DNA of 53,835 bases, the filler included, from Sphacelaria rigidula (Eukaryota), in assembly GCA_964200075.2 (NCBI GenBank). It is 4 parts of 4 records of this genome, joined end to end, with 100 filler letters (N's around TTAATTAATTAA, not from the genome) between each part and the next. Parts side by side here need not be neighbours in the genome. Positions count along the whole stretch, not along the records: positions 13,487 to 26,870 come from CAXNAA020002921.1; positions 26,971 to 40,353 come from CAXNAA020002922.1; 2 more parts are not named here. One strand, 5' to 3'. Shown here piece after piece: positions 26,801 through 39,022 of this stretch (position 1 is the stretch's first letter; each line of letters opens with the position of its first letter). A program made the translations under genes and the position numbers. The notes beneath the pieces are model-generated. The model had not been told where the DNA came from. It saw nothing but the letters and a program-made list of their open reading frames with translations, and did not search any database.

Positions 26801-29800
26801 CCATGAGGCAGTGTATGAGCCGTTGCTGTCTCTGGAAGTGGCGATACCAGAAAATAAAGCAACTCATTGTNNNNNNNNNNNNNNNNNNNNNNNNNNNNNN
26901 NNNNNNNNNNNNNNTTAATTAATTAANNNNNNNNNNNNNNNNNNNNNNNNNNNNNNNNNNNNNNNNNNNNCACTTAAAGCGAATGATCGAAGCCACTCTC
27001 AATCGTATCATCCACTCTCAATCTCACGGAAACACTGTTGATCGTGGTTTTTTCTGCACGTTGATGATGATATGACCATCGCAATGATAAGCACGGTTTG
27101 GTGCTGTACTGAACTGTGCAATACCGTTCAGGACAGTACCATATCGTGCTCATATACGTGCGGTACAATATAATGCAGAACTAGCGCGGCATATGCGCCA
27201 CGCATGGCTAAACAAAGTGGGTGCCTCTTACTTTGGGTGCATGAGGGTGTTATATACAGTCAGCTACTGAGTATACATCACGACGCCCGTTTTTGCACCA
27301 TGCTCACCGCTGCAGTCAGTTGGACGTGAAGGGGAAGCGGGCAAAGCACAGTACAGACAGCGTAGGACTGTATGTATGTCTTTTGCTTCCAGTGCGACGT
27401 GAAAAGGACTTGAGCAGTGTGCGCAGCTTTGTCTGCCGGCACTACTGTCCATGGGTGTGTATGCAACAAGCCGCCGGTTATTGCCCGCACCCTACCCCGC
27501 ATGGTTCCGGCACCGCGCGACTCCGCGACCATGGAAGAAGATGCTCAGTCTAAACTTCCACCAACAAGGCACACGTCATACCCAACTACTGCAGTGTGTA
27601 TCTATATCCCTGTGCCCGACTCGTGCCCTTTGCTGCAGGGTTATTCTGGTGGCATTATTGTTGGGGATAAGAGGTATCAGCTTTGCAATTCAATGTGTGA
27701 ACGACGGGTGATGGAGATATATCTGTCGTGATGGTCCATACCATATGATTGCTGGGGTCCCAGAGGTGCCCTGGAAGCATTTAGGACATAAATGCACAAG
27801 TGTAAACGTACATGCTGGAGGATACTGCACGGCTGTGTCCCCCGCAGTCGCGACAAATGCCACAGAGGCCATAGTCGGTCCTTCCTCCAGAGGAATGATG
27901 CTCATATTTCCCTCTGCTGTTCATATTTCCCTCTAAGGGGCGTTCACGAAACCCACGTGCTCCAGAGCATCATATTTTTGATACTCTGCAGGGATTCAGA
28001 CCTTCAAAGTCACTCGAGCATCAGATGTCCTCCAGAGGGTTCGTTTTATGACCAGAACCCAGTATGAAATACCCTCTAGGGGTATTTTTTTCCTCCGGAG
28101 GGTCACTTTACCCTCGAGAGGATAAAAATCGCGGTAGAGGATTTTAAGGGGGTAGCCGAATGGCCGCGTGTGTGTTATTATTTTGCTCCGGACAGCCGCC
28201 CAAAGAACATCCAGCTGCGGAGAGATTTCGTCTCTTGTCTGTAGAGCTCACCAATGCGAAGATCTATTCCTCTCTGCGTCTCTTTTTGGACAGGACGCGC
28301 CTCTGTGCGCTGAAAAACATGTTGAAAAAACAGGACAATGTTCCCGTCACCGCTACTACTGTCCTCTGCCACACACATGCCAGCAAGGGCGGTGCTGCGG
28401 CGAAAACAGCAGATAGATCCAATTTGGACTTTGTACGTGACCTCTGGGTTCCCGATAACAAGAGCGTGCGAGACGCCAGTTGGGGAGGGTGTATGAGACA
28501 TTAAACACTTATTGACTGATTTTCACTCTCAATCGCATCCTCTACTCTCAATCTCACGAAAACCTTGTTGGCATAGTCGACGTTTGACTGTGTACACGAC
28601 GCGGCACAGCGTGCGATCACTTTTTCCCCCCACCCGACTTCATTCTATTCCACGTCTATGACCCTCCCATCATGTATCATCACTCAGAGCCCGTGAATCT
28701 CCTTTCCTCTGAGAGTGGACCGAGGTGAAAAAACAATGTTTGGTGAATGATCGGTGCCGGCTTGCAGCACAGCACTATTTGTGGGGGGCATTGTCATTGT
28801 TCCGCGGCGGTGTAGCGTGTGGACCTTTGCTGCTGTGGATAAGCGCTCAGTTTTCTGTACGTGTTGCTCGGGTTGTGGTCCGTCGGTCACGGCGATCAAG
28901 CGCTGGTCTGGAAGGAACATGGGTGCAACGGCAACGATCGGAGGAAGACACCTGATTGTACAGTCTGCGCCGTTCGCTTTAAGCGTTTTTGCTTCAATAC
29001 GGAATCCGGTCGGTGTCCATCTCCCTTTCCGAGCCGCAAATTGCAGATCCGGCAACGGTCTGATCTTGTCTCTGCATGATGCCGTTCGGACTGGTGCGTC
29101 GGCAAGATGCTCACCCATGTTCGTTGGATCTTTGTGAGCTCCGGCACACACGCGACCTGTATGCATCGTTGGATCATCCGGGTCTTCGAACCGACCAACA
29201 GGGAGGCTACACTCTTCTGGTCGTTGGGTTCCGGCCTTTTTCGGTGGTGTATAATTTTACCGAAAATGGCCATGTTCGTGACTGCTCGGCGTGACTCGTG
29301 CTGACACGGCGGTACGGTCACTACTTCACAAAAAAGGGTCACCACTTCACAGAGGTGGGTCAACAGGAAAGCAAAAAAGGGTAGATATAACGTTTTAGCA
29401 GAGGGCAGGGTGTACCCTCCTGGTTTGCTTACAGAAAGGGATACTCTCACAGGCTCTCATTTTCTGTGCCTAAGTTCAGCCCGGTAACACTTGTGAAAAT
29501 GAAAAAAAATGGACGGGTATGCTGCCCAGGCACCTTGGGCGTGGGGCTGAGGTGCTGGAACATGTTTTCGACGTGTTCAGCCAGCGTGCAGCGCCGCGCC
29601 CCAAAGCGAAAAAGCTTTACCCTTTTTTGTTCCAAAAGCACCAGGATGTACCCTTTTTTTGATCTTGTCCTAATAAATTCTCACTTTGCCCGCCAATTCA
29701 TTCAGATATTGGGCAAAATGAAAAGTTATTGCGAACAGCCTCAGCTGTGCAAGTCCAATATATTGCACTTCGGATTACCCACTCAATTCGAGAAGCGTCT

Positions 29801-30162
29801 GAGAAGGTTGGACGTCCTACCCTGCGGGGATAGTAACTATGTATCACACAACGAACGGCAATATACTCCCGACTCTGTCGTCGCTGCACTTGCAGTGATG
29901 TACGGCACTGCACCGCTAGACATTCCTCGCACACTGTTTACTGTTCTAGCAATACCAACTGCGACATCGTGCATCATGTCACACTGCAATAAACCAGTGA
30001 GTGCTTGCTGCTTCAATGGGTAAACTGTTCGCTTTCTGGACAAAACGTGTGCTATGTCGTCCGTCCCGCCATGACCGGACAGAGTGATTACCGGAGAGCT
30101 CCCAGCCTCTCACAAGCCTCACTCAATCTCAACACCCGCATATTGTAAATCACATCTCTCAG

Positions 30163-30342
30163 GGCCTGGATAGAGACTACACGAATGACAGAGCCCGAGC
30201 AGTGGCCGTAAATTCTTTCGACGGCTGTGCTGTCGTGGCTGGTATAACGTTTGAAGGTTGGGTCAACAGCTCTGATGACTATGATCAAGACTTTGCAGTA
30301 GTGAAGCTCGATGCCGGCGGGGAAGTCCTGTGGGCCTGGCAG
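30163..30342 (+). CDS. Propeller-repeat exon A (intact, 60 codons)
   Basis: CTCAG acceptor; GLDRDYTNDRARAVAVNSFDGCAVVAGITFEGWVNSSDDYDQDFAVVKLDAGGEVLWAWQ; GTGAGA donor. Confidence 0.82.
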
Positions 30343-30651
30343 GTGAGATAGCGCACCTGATGCCGTGGCTCGTAGTAGGAGCAAGTACCGGCAACTCAAG
30401 CAGCAGCGACTTTGCATTTGGTGCCTGTGAAGGACAAGTGTCAATTGTAGTTTTTCGCTGGAAGTTGAGTGCACGCACAGAGTGTAATTGACCGAAACAT
30501 CTCGCCCAGCCCTCACCCCGTTTACCCGTGGACTACGTCTTAGATTCGTTGTTTCATTAGTTGTGCATACTGGGTCTACCTCCTGGCTGTGCTACGATAG
30601 GTGAAAAAAAAGGAATGGTTTGCTTCATTTCATGTCTATATCAAGGCTGTG

Positions 30652-31079
30652 TGTTATGGAAATGTTAGCTTATGTCCATGTACTAGTCAATGTTCAGTTC
30701 CGTAGCACTGCTGTTGTAGCATAGTACATCTTGTCGGTCTAATACGTGTCGGTTTGTGAGTGACGTATGATATGCAGAGGAACTACTGTGCTGTGTTCTA
30801 TCGCGGAGGTCACTCCAACTCCTCCTTCTCCTCCTCCCTGCTGATCTTACTACTGTCCTGTCTTCCAAGGACAGCTCCGTCTTCTGGACTTTAGGGTACT
30901 CTGTGATTTGTGTGTTGGCCCCCTAAGCGCCACTTTCAACATCATATCATCATCTCTGCTACACAGAAGCATCATCCTGCTTCTCTTCGGCTCTCCACTG
31001 CCGAGTATCCCGTACCTCGACTAACCTCGAGAGGCACAGCCTCTGCCACGGTGCCAAGGTACTAAAAGTTACCATAATA
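30652..31079. mobile_element. Solo LTR (428 bp) with 5-bp target-site duplication
   Basis: Ends TGTTATGG...CCATAATA (near-perfect terminal inverted repeat), flanked by CTGTG at 30647-30651 and 31080-31084. Confidence 0.75.
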
Positions 31080-32400
31080 CTGTGTTATGGCAAGCGAAAG
31101 GAAAATGATTAGCTTCTTAACTTCACGTCTATGTCTCGGCTTCGGAAGCATGCGAGATCATGGAGAGGTGTGCTCATGATCTTGCATACCATAGGTCATC
31201 TGACCATTGACCTCGTGTCCTCCCAAAGCCGGGGTGACCGGGTTCACAGTCAATCACCAAGCGCTGTAGCCTCTGCCAGACGATCTGGACAAGAGACTTC
31301 CCACGAGAGACTCCTCCAGTAGCACTGGCCTCGTGCTCGTAAAGTCCTTTCTTCAAACTTGTCATTATTGCGGAGTGATCCTCAACAGACCACATCAAGA
31401 GCCAGACAGCACGGGGCCACATAGATGAGGGTCATCAATCCAGGATCCCCTGTCCCCTGCGACTGCTCCAATCATGCATGCGATTAAACTGAAACCTACA
31501 CCTCGGTGTCATTTGGCTACAGCGCGAAGCACTGTGGTGTGCTCGGCGAGTCGCATGAAGGGTGAACTGCAACCTGCTATTATCGTCTCGCCCGAAGCTT
31601 CCAATGAGTTGCTTCATCGTCTGGTATCGCCACTTCCGGAAACAGCTCATAAACTGCCTCATAAGTGTCTCACAATTTCAACAATTGGTGGTACGATCAT
31701 CTCCTTTGCGCGGAGTTGAGGTTTTCACACCCCGCACAGTAAGGTTTGGCTCGACTACCATCAACAACGTTTTCGTGAGATTGAGGGTAAAGCGCTGATT
31801 GTAAGTGGCTTTAATAATTCTCTGTAACTCAGCCAATTGTTCATTCCGTGTGTGCTTTTCTTCGCCTCCATCACTGCAGTGCGCTTTCAGCTACACGTCG
31901 ATATCTTACTCAGGGATATCAAGGGCCTCAGTGGCAAGATACTACGGAAAGCATGTTGGGCCTCGGAGAGGGGCATTTCGGAACTGAAACGATTCATTCA
32001 CTAGCTGACCTCGTTTCAATATTTATCGTATCCTCTACTCTCGATCTCACGAAAACACTGTTCACCATGATGACAGCAGAAAAGATGACAAACGCGCACA
32101 AAAATGGGTAAACTTGCTGCCTAGCTTACGTGGTGAGTGATTTGTTTTCCAGCGTCATCGCCAACCGACACCAACCGCGTAAGGGGGGTGGTCCGAACAT
32201 CTCAAAGAACTGTGGAAACGATGCTTGTCACCCAAACATTCGAATTCTTTAGCGCTAGTCGGAAGAAGCATGGATGCCCATTTCTTCAAAATAATACAGT
32301 CGCTGCACGACGACTCGAGGTCACACTCCGAGCTGACCCACTCCGCCTGCTTGCCCCTGGGGATCACTCATTGGGGCCCCACTATTGTTATTGGACACAG

Positions 32401-32568
32401 GACGGCACGGACGAGCCAGAAGAGGTACTTGCCGCAGCTATAGACAGCAATGGATCTGTCGTGTTGGTGGGATACAGCTTGGGCGTATGGGATGATGCAC
32501 AGCAAGGCGAAACTGATTTCGTTGCCACAAGATTGAACGAGGACGGTGAAGTTATTTGGCGATGGCAA
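32401..32568 (+). CDS. Propeller-repeat exon B (intact, 56 codons)
   Basis: ACAG acceptor; DGTDEPEEVLAAAIDSNGSVVLVGYSLGVWDDAQQGETDFVATRLNEDGEVIWRWQ; GTGAGC donor. Confidence 0.85.
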
Positions 32569-33128
32569 GTGAGCATGCCAGTAACGGTCGATGCAAACGC
32601 CCGAACATCAAAAGCTAGCAGTAAAAGTCTCCCTGTTGCTTTCGGATTGTGGATGTTGCCGAGTGACGGCGCGGTTCACTCCTGTGTGTATAAGGAAAGA
32701 TCCGCTGTTCAATTGCGGTATGGGCATCTCTTAGCATATATTACGTGCAAGCTAACTGATGCTTCATCCCCAAACCCGCCATCAAGCCTCCATAACAGTT
32801 TTTTTACCGCAACCCAGGCACAGATTATCGCGCACGACCAATGCCGCTACTGGGCTGTTCATCTGGATCATGAGGATGATCCCTATCTAACTGCTACAGC
32901 TGACGGCGAGGAAGCACGCAACGAACGCATAATCTTAGGCACCTACGAAATGCACTCGTCTGGCTCATTTGCCGTGCACAAGCACCACATTCACCCTTCA
33001 TTTCTCCGTTAAACAGCGAGATTTCATCTATCGGGCCTTCGCCGAAACAAAATTGACGCTGGTATATATTCCTTCCCCGTGTAGATAAATGTTGGTTTCG
33101 TATGTTAATTATTCCTTTGTTGCGACAG

Positions 33129-33295
33129 AATGGAGTCCTCAAAGAAGAGGCTTTGAGAGCAGCCACGGTAAACGAGGATGACGGCTCTATGGTCTTCGCT
33201 GGCGATACGTTAGGCGACTGGGGCAACGACAACGCAGGAGATGCTGATTTCGCTGCATCAAAATTGGACGCTGGGAAGTGCTGTGGACATGGCAG
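33129..33295 (+). pseudogene. Propeller-repeat exon C (frameshifted)
   Basis: NGVLKEEALRAATVNEDDGSMVFAGDTLGDWGNDNAGDADFAASKLDAG then VLWTWQ in another frame; 167 nt; GTGAAC donor. Confidence 0.8.
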
Positions 33296-35059
33296 GTGAA
33301 CTATACCGCAGCCGAAGTTGGTAACTATATTTCCATGAGGGATGCATGTCATTCCGTACATTGCGGAGGGATACTCGTCCCTTTCCGGGATATGGATGTC
33401 TATAACACTAGTGGGATAGTGTCGGCATCGTCGCGTGTGATGTCGAGAAATCTGCGGCAAAAGTGCTCTCCCTTGTGAGTGTCTTGACGTTGCTTGACGT
33501 CGCTAGATTCCGTCCACTTCTTGAGTTGAAAGCAGGGCAAGGAGCTCCCGCTGTTTCAACCTCACATGAGCCATCACGAACAGAACACAGTTTATTTTCT
33601 GTCCTACCCGCACATGTCAAAGCATGCAGCATGTGCCCACTGTGCGCTCACACTTTCACTTCAAGTGCGCCCGATATGGGGATTGGTGAGGTCGAAGTTG
33701 ATGAGTCTACGAGCTGGCCTGTTCTTTCTGTTCCTCCGCTCGACCTGTCAAACATACATACACAACAACGTACTGCGGGATGCTGAGTGAGATGACTCCG
33801 TCAATTTGGAATGGAGTGGGGTACAAAACCAATCGCAGGTTCAGACAACACCCTCGGTCGTGGCAGGGGTACAACGACAAAATGCTTGTGAGATTTAGGA
33901 TCGTGACCACCTCTCTCATACTGGCCCATACGTTCCGGTTCCATACGTTCCGGTTCCCTACAGTGTTGACCTGAACGAGGGACTATTCAGCCAACGCACT
34001 CTCAACAAAGGTTGAAGCCGTCACTTTTGGCGAATCGTTGCGTCTTGAAAACCTTCTCGTGGGAGACACGTGACAAAAGGGCACCGATTTCGTCAATTGA
34101 CTGTTTTGGAAGAGACTGCTTGTAAACGCCCAGGATATTCCCAGTTTCGACGAAGTAGAGAGAATATTCGTACGAATGAGGGCTTCAATGTTTGTCCGGG
34201 GTGCATCGGCTGTGCAGCCAGTCTCACCAGCTGGTGAAACTTTGAAATGGTACAGTGTCTGGAGGACAGGTCACAATCTTGACCTCACGACTGCGTTGCC
34301 ACCACCTGTGGGCCCCCCAGAGTTGTGCCGGCGTATGAAAGTAACTTCTCCACGATACCACTCCCCCAGCTTCACTATCAGTTGCGAACAGCTAATTGGG
34401 CAAACCCCGCCTACAACACGGTAAACGCTCAACAACTAGGCTACACCACAAAAACCCGAGGCCAGCTCAGGAGGAAGTGTGTCACTCAGCACGCCTCGAG
34501 CGTTTCAACGGCTCTCAATTCATTTCTCGGCCGATAATGTGTCTCCCCAAACCACTGTTGCCGAGAGCAGCTTAAGTGTGGTGGAGTGCAGAAAGTAGTT
34601 GGTTGAGGGATATAACGTGGATTTCTCGACGGCGATAACCGTTGAGGTTTATTTTCGCTCTCTACCTAGGCCCACGAAGCCAATCGAGGTGTTTCTGTAG
34701 GAGCATGCTGTGCTTGGGATATGGCGCGTCTCTTTTGCAGGCTTGCGCCGACTTTACAAACTTCCGTATAAAAGCCACCGTGCATCTATTTGTTATGATG
34801 GCGGGTGCATTTTCGTGAGAACACTACCTCACAACTGCTGTACATTTCGAAAGTCGGTAAGCTGAGACTTGGTTTGAGCCGTTCAAGCAGGTCTCACGGA
34901 GAAGAAATGGACAGCCGTCGCGAGTCCTTTTTTCATCAGGACAAAGGACTACACGTAAAACGGGATAGATCTGACAGATAGTGGCACAAGAAGTGGGTTG
35001 TTCATGTTGGTCTATACGAGAAAAGTACAATATTTCCGAAAGTGAGTAGGCATTCTTTT

Positions 35060-35965
35060 TCGAGCTAGACCCTGAAGAATTGCACACGGGTGCTCTGGGA
35101 TATCTACACCGCCTTCTGACCCATTTCAATTTCGAAAACCAGAAACGTTCATACAGACCCTCCACTACCCCATAGTACCCGTGTGCACATTTTCAGGTTC
35201 TCCAACTGAAGAATCGGTGTGAGAAATCGCCCGTATGTGCGTTAAAGCATACAAACATACGGGGTATCCCTTCGAATGGTCGATTTGGGTATGCTACCGA
35301 CGTGTCCCTTGTGCGTTTGAGCTTGCATCGACCGTCAGGGACTAACTTTCCCAGTTGCGCAACAAAACATCTTTTTGGGAAGATGCGAGTCAACCTCGAA
35401 TCTTCACGCTGGGATCCTCGCAAGCCGATAAATATCGAATAGAGTTGAGAATATTTTCCCCGACATGCGTTCCATCTGTAGCACCCATATCTAGCGAGCT
35501 GTCAAGTTCGAGAATGATCAGCGCTTTTCTTCCACGGTAGTTGCAAGGCTTTCTGGGTCTTCGATGCGTACTTGAAGTAGAAACTCGACGACTCCCCTCG
35601 CATCACCGAAAAACCGCGTTTTGGGGTATAACTCGATCCTACACGAACTGCTTCAAATGTGTTTTGTTGCGTTAGATTCCCTAGCGGATGGCGCTTACTA
35701 CGGTTTGATTCGTAATGGGTTTGGGTCGAAATGTGTCGTGAATTCTCATTTTGTAGTTCAGAGCAACTTATAAGCGTCTTTTTGACCAAGAAACAGATTA
35801 ACCACCAGCGCCACGGCAAATAACGGGGGAAAGTACTCTGGACGTGCCACACTGCTCGCTTGCTCGTGGGGGCATGATCGATGCCAAATATGTTACTATT
35901 GGGTCAGTTGTGGGTTTTGTATCTAGCGGGGGGAAACGTTTGAGGATTCACCCTGAACCAGCCAG
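35060..35965 (-). mobile_element. Non-autonomous DNA-transposon-like repeat (copy 2), in an intron of the propeller gene
   Basis: Reverse-complement similarity to 993-1950; ends at TA. Confidence 0.7.
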
Positions 35966-36241
35966 TATTCCATGTGGGTTGGGACGGTGGATCTAGCAAT
36001 ACCATACTATTTTGGTGACAACCAGGTGTAGCCTGTATCGGACTACAAACGCGTGAACGTACGGTCATGCCGTTGGCTGAAATAGCCGCGTGCCCGGTCC
36101 TGGGGAAGGTGACATGGAAACCTCACCCGGTCTTCTTTTCTACGAAATCACCTGGTGGCTCGTTGATCTTGATGAGCGTTTGCTGACATGTCCGGGATTC
36201 CCCGTTTGTCTCCGACGGTGCCTTGGTCGTTCGTGCCGCAG

Positions 36242-36559
36242 GACGGGGATGTTGGCCCTGACAGATTTTATGCTGCCGTCACTGGAGACGACGGAAGTGT
36301 GTATTTGGATGGGAAAGTTGGAGACATCACCACCGACGCAACCAGTACGTCCATTATCATCAAGCTAAATGATATTGGGGAGGAGGTGTGGCGGTGGACA
36401 AGCAGCAACATTCACTGCAACGCAATCTATGGTTTGGCTACTGCAGAGGATGACGCCATCATTGCAGCGGGCTATTATTACCTGGAAAACGAGATCAACT
36501 ACGCTATCAAACTGGACGCAGACGGAGACCTCCTGTGGGAGTATGAGGAGAAAATTTGA
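36242..36559 (+). CDS. Propeller-repeat exon D (two repeats)
   Basis: GCAG acceptor; DGDVGPDRFYAAVTGDDGSVYLDG...KLNDIGEEVWRW...KLDADGDLLWEYE; the expected donor after 36547 is GAGAAA, and read-through stops at 36559. Confidence 0.8.
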   Translation, partial: DGDVGPDRFYAAVTGDDGSVYLDGKVGDITTDATSTSIIIKLNDIGEEVWRWTSSNIHCNAIYGLATAEDDAIIAAGYYYLENEINYAIKLDADGDLLWEYEEKI

Positions 36560-38347
36560 CCCAAACACGAAAAAGTCACTACCGTCATTCGTAACCCGGT
36601 TCTCATGATACTTTGTGGTTTTGCTGTAAAGCCCCCCGTGTGTTTGAAATACGTCAGTCAGCGCCATCTTGTGGTGAACTGCACTGCTCCGATCACCACC
36701 CCCGAGCGTTGCTTCGTGTGGTCGACTACTCGATTGTCGCACATTGCCTGATCCCCCACAGATCCAGCCGTGGGAGCTCATTTGCTGTTGCATATAGCCT
36801 GATTTCCCATGGATCCAGCCGTGAAACAGAGAGACTACAGATAGAACTGAGAATGTGGTAAGACCCGACGGGCACCCGTGGCAATGTGTCCTCGTTCATG
36901 TGGTGATCTGATTACACGTGCTCCGGGTGCATCGTCGGGATAAACGTTGGGCCGTTCCAGGCCACTGTCAACAAAGCATGTCTTGTTATATTTTCGGTAT
37001 ACAGGCATTCTCACGTCGGCACACATTGTCCAATAACCAGCAACCAAACAGCATCGATGACAACAACAACTGAACAGGTGGGGGAAGTTGGCATAATCAA
37101 ATTCTGTGACATTTGGAACCACATCTCAAATCCTGTCCGTTCCCTGGATATGCTCAGCATGCATGATATCGGGTATACCTTAGTCTAGGTCACGGTGCAA
37201 TCCCGTATAGAAAATCAGTCCTTCAATCCGCAATTCCCTCATCATGATCCAATCTTGATATCTTCTCCCATGCACTCCGTTATGCACGTCTCATGTACAC
37301 GCATGCTATCCTTTACTGTGTGTTTATCGTTCTCGCATCACCTCCCCTATCAGGAACGTCTTTGCACGTATCGTGACGAGAAGGTTTTTCATGGGGAAAC
37401 GTTGTAATGCGTGAAAGGACCGCGTGCTTCGAGAAGCGCATCGGAATTTGAACATCCCTTTGGCTAGGGTCAGGGTCAGGGTTAGTGTTAGGGTTATGGT
37501 CAGGGGCGTGGTACCTGCAGGGACTGGCCCGATTGGTTTTGAAAAACGTTTATCCTGAGGTGTTTTGAACTACGGCGCGGTCCTCTAAGGACGCGGTCCT
37601 CTCACGCATTACAAGGTTACCTTCGCCGCCTAGCGTTGAGGGTAGCTGCATCCACGAATTCCACGACACTGTGTGCCCGCTTTTTTGTGGAAAATAGTTT
37701 CTACTAGTCGCATCAGTGGTGGGCGGGTTTCGAACACGAGACCTGCTCGGGAAGAAACACAACAATAATCTCATGTGATGTCTACCTCCTCGCGTATTTT
37801 CTTTGTCATTCTTTCTCCCTATGGTAGGATCGAACATGGGAGAGGAGGGGTGTTCGGTTGCACGAAGAAGGACGTTCAAGGATGTGTTGCACGACCTTAC
37901 CCACTAGACTAGTGGGTAATCGAGTTCTGGGTGGGTTGCACCGGTATCGAAAACCAACAGCCCCAACGACCCATCATATGATCAGCCCTATGTTGTAGTA
38001 TGCATAGCTGTGGTGGGTACAGCCGACAATGGTGGCCGGTGGTGAACTGCTATCACTGACAATGCTGGTAAGGGAGTTACTGTCATGAGTGAAGGTGCTC
38101 GTATCGGGCAACCCTCATAGTACTCGGAAACTGTGCCGTGTCGCGACTGGAGGGATGCGCTCTGTTGACGCAATGGATGGTCACCGCCATCGCTTCCGTG
38201 GACACGCGCAAATCAAGCGCTGTACCATGCTTTTTGCGTTTATAAGACTCAAACAAATGTGGCTATACTTTCTGTGCTTGATATCTGCTTTTCATGTTGA
38301 CTTTTCTTTTCAACGTGAAATACTTCCCGTGTTATTCCTGACGGCAG

Positions 38348-38508
38348 GGAAGTAGCGCCGAGTACAGCCAATTCGAAGCAGTTTCGATGTTGGATGATAC
38401 GACGATCTTGCTAATGGGGCACACTACAAGGGACTGTGACGAAGGAAGCTACGGCTGCTTTGATTTTTACTGCTTGATCAGGACGGCGCCGAAAAGGGGA
38501 TCGATACG
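38348..38508 (+). pseudogene. Propeller-repeat exon E (frameshifted)
   Basis: GSSAEYSQFEAVSMLDDTTILLMGHTTRDCDEGSYGCFDF, shift, LDQDGAEKG; 161 nt; GTACGC donor. Confidence 0.6.
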
Positions 38509-38887
38509 GTACGCTATGAAGCCGACAAAAGTAGGATATCCCAGAGATGACCGAAGCGAAAGAATACTCTGTCAATAGTATTTCGGCCTCGGCGTGACGG
38601 TCGACGTTCTCCGAAATATAGACAACACAATTGTGTAGTCGTGCCAATTCTTGCACACAGAAGTCACCGTAATACGTTGCTGTAAGCGGGAAGATCTATC
38701 GGAATACTTGCGTCATCAATAGAAATCACGAGTGCGTGGGACTGTGTAACGTACTGATGACCTCTTCCATTTCATGCAAGTCGCTTAGCACGAAAGCCGC
38801 TGATGATCGTGGGTTGCATGCTCGTAAGCCAACGACAAACCTTCCTTTGTTCCTCATTGGCTCTCGCTCATGTCCGATATTTCTCAG

Positions 38888-39022
38888 ATGGGATCATGAT
38901 CAGACGATACCATCTGTGCGGCCGCCATAGGGCCTGAGGATCAGATCGTCGTCGGAGGGAGGTCTTCTAATTTCTCTAGTGGCACATCACATGTCTTCGC
39001 TGCGAAGGTGTCTTTCACCTAA
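38888..39022 (+). pseudogene. Propeller-repeat exon F (terminal, premature stop)
   Basis: TTCTCAG acceptor; MGS*SDDTICAAAIGPEDQIVVGGRSSNFSSGTSHVFAAKVSFT*. Confidence 0.6.

Larger units (their letters stand above)
30163..39022 (+). pseudogene. Seven-repeat beta-propeller (SBBP/PQQ-like) protein gene, one repeat per phase-0 exon, partly disabled; 5' exon(s) not found
   Basis: Six AG-led exons share consensus DG..D...AA...DGS.V.AG.T.G.W.....D.DF...KLD.DGE.LW.WQ: 30163-30342, 32401-32568, 33129-33295 (frameshift), 36242-36547 (two repeats, donor reads GA), 38348-38508 (frameshift), 38888-39022 (in-frame TGA). Confidence 0.78.

Noticed and set aside
28160-28504. First exon of the propeller gene
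   Set aside because: No convincing signal peptide, repeat similarity or phase-0 donor; adjacent to MITE-like sequence.
32137-33012. 291-aa ORF as a single-exon gene
   Set aside because: Only 32401-32568 is repeat-coding and bounded by splice sites; the rest is intron read-through.
37462-37505. Interstitial telomere
   Set aside because: A short, degenerate GGGTTA/GGGTCA run matching the heads of a dispersed repeat family.
38897-38899. In-frame TGA as selenocysteine
   Set aside because: Not a Cys-equivalent position in the repeat, no SECIS recognised, and neighbouring exons are also disabled.
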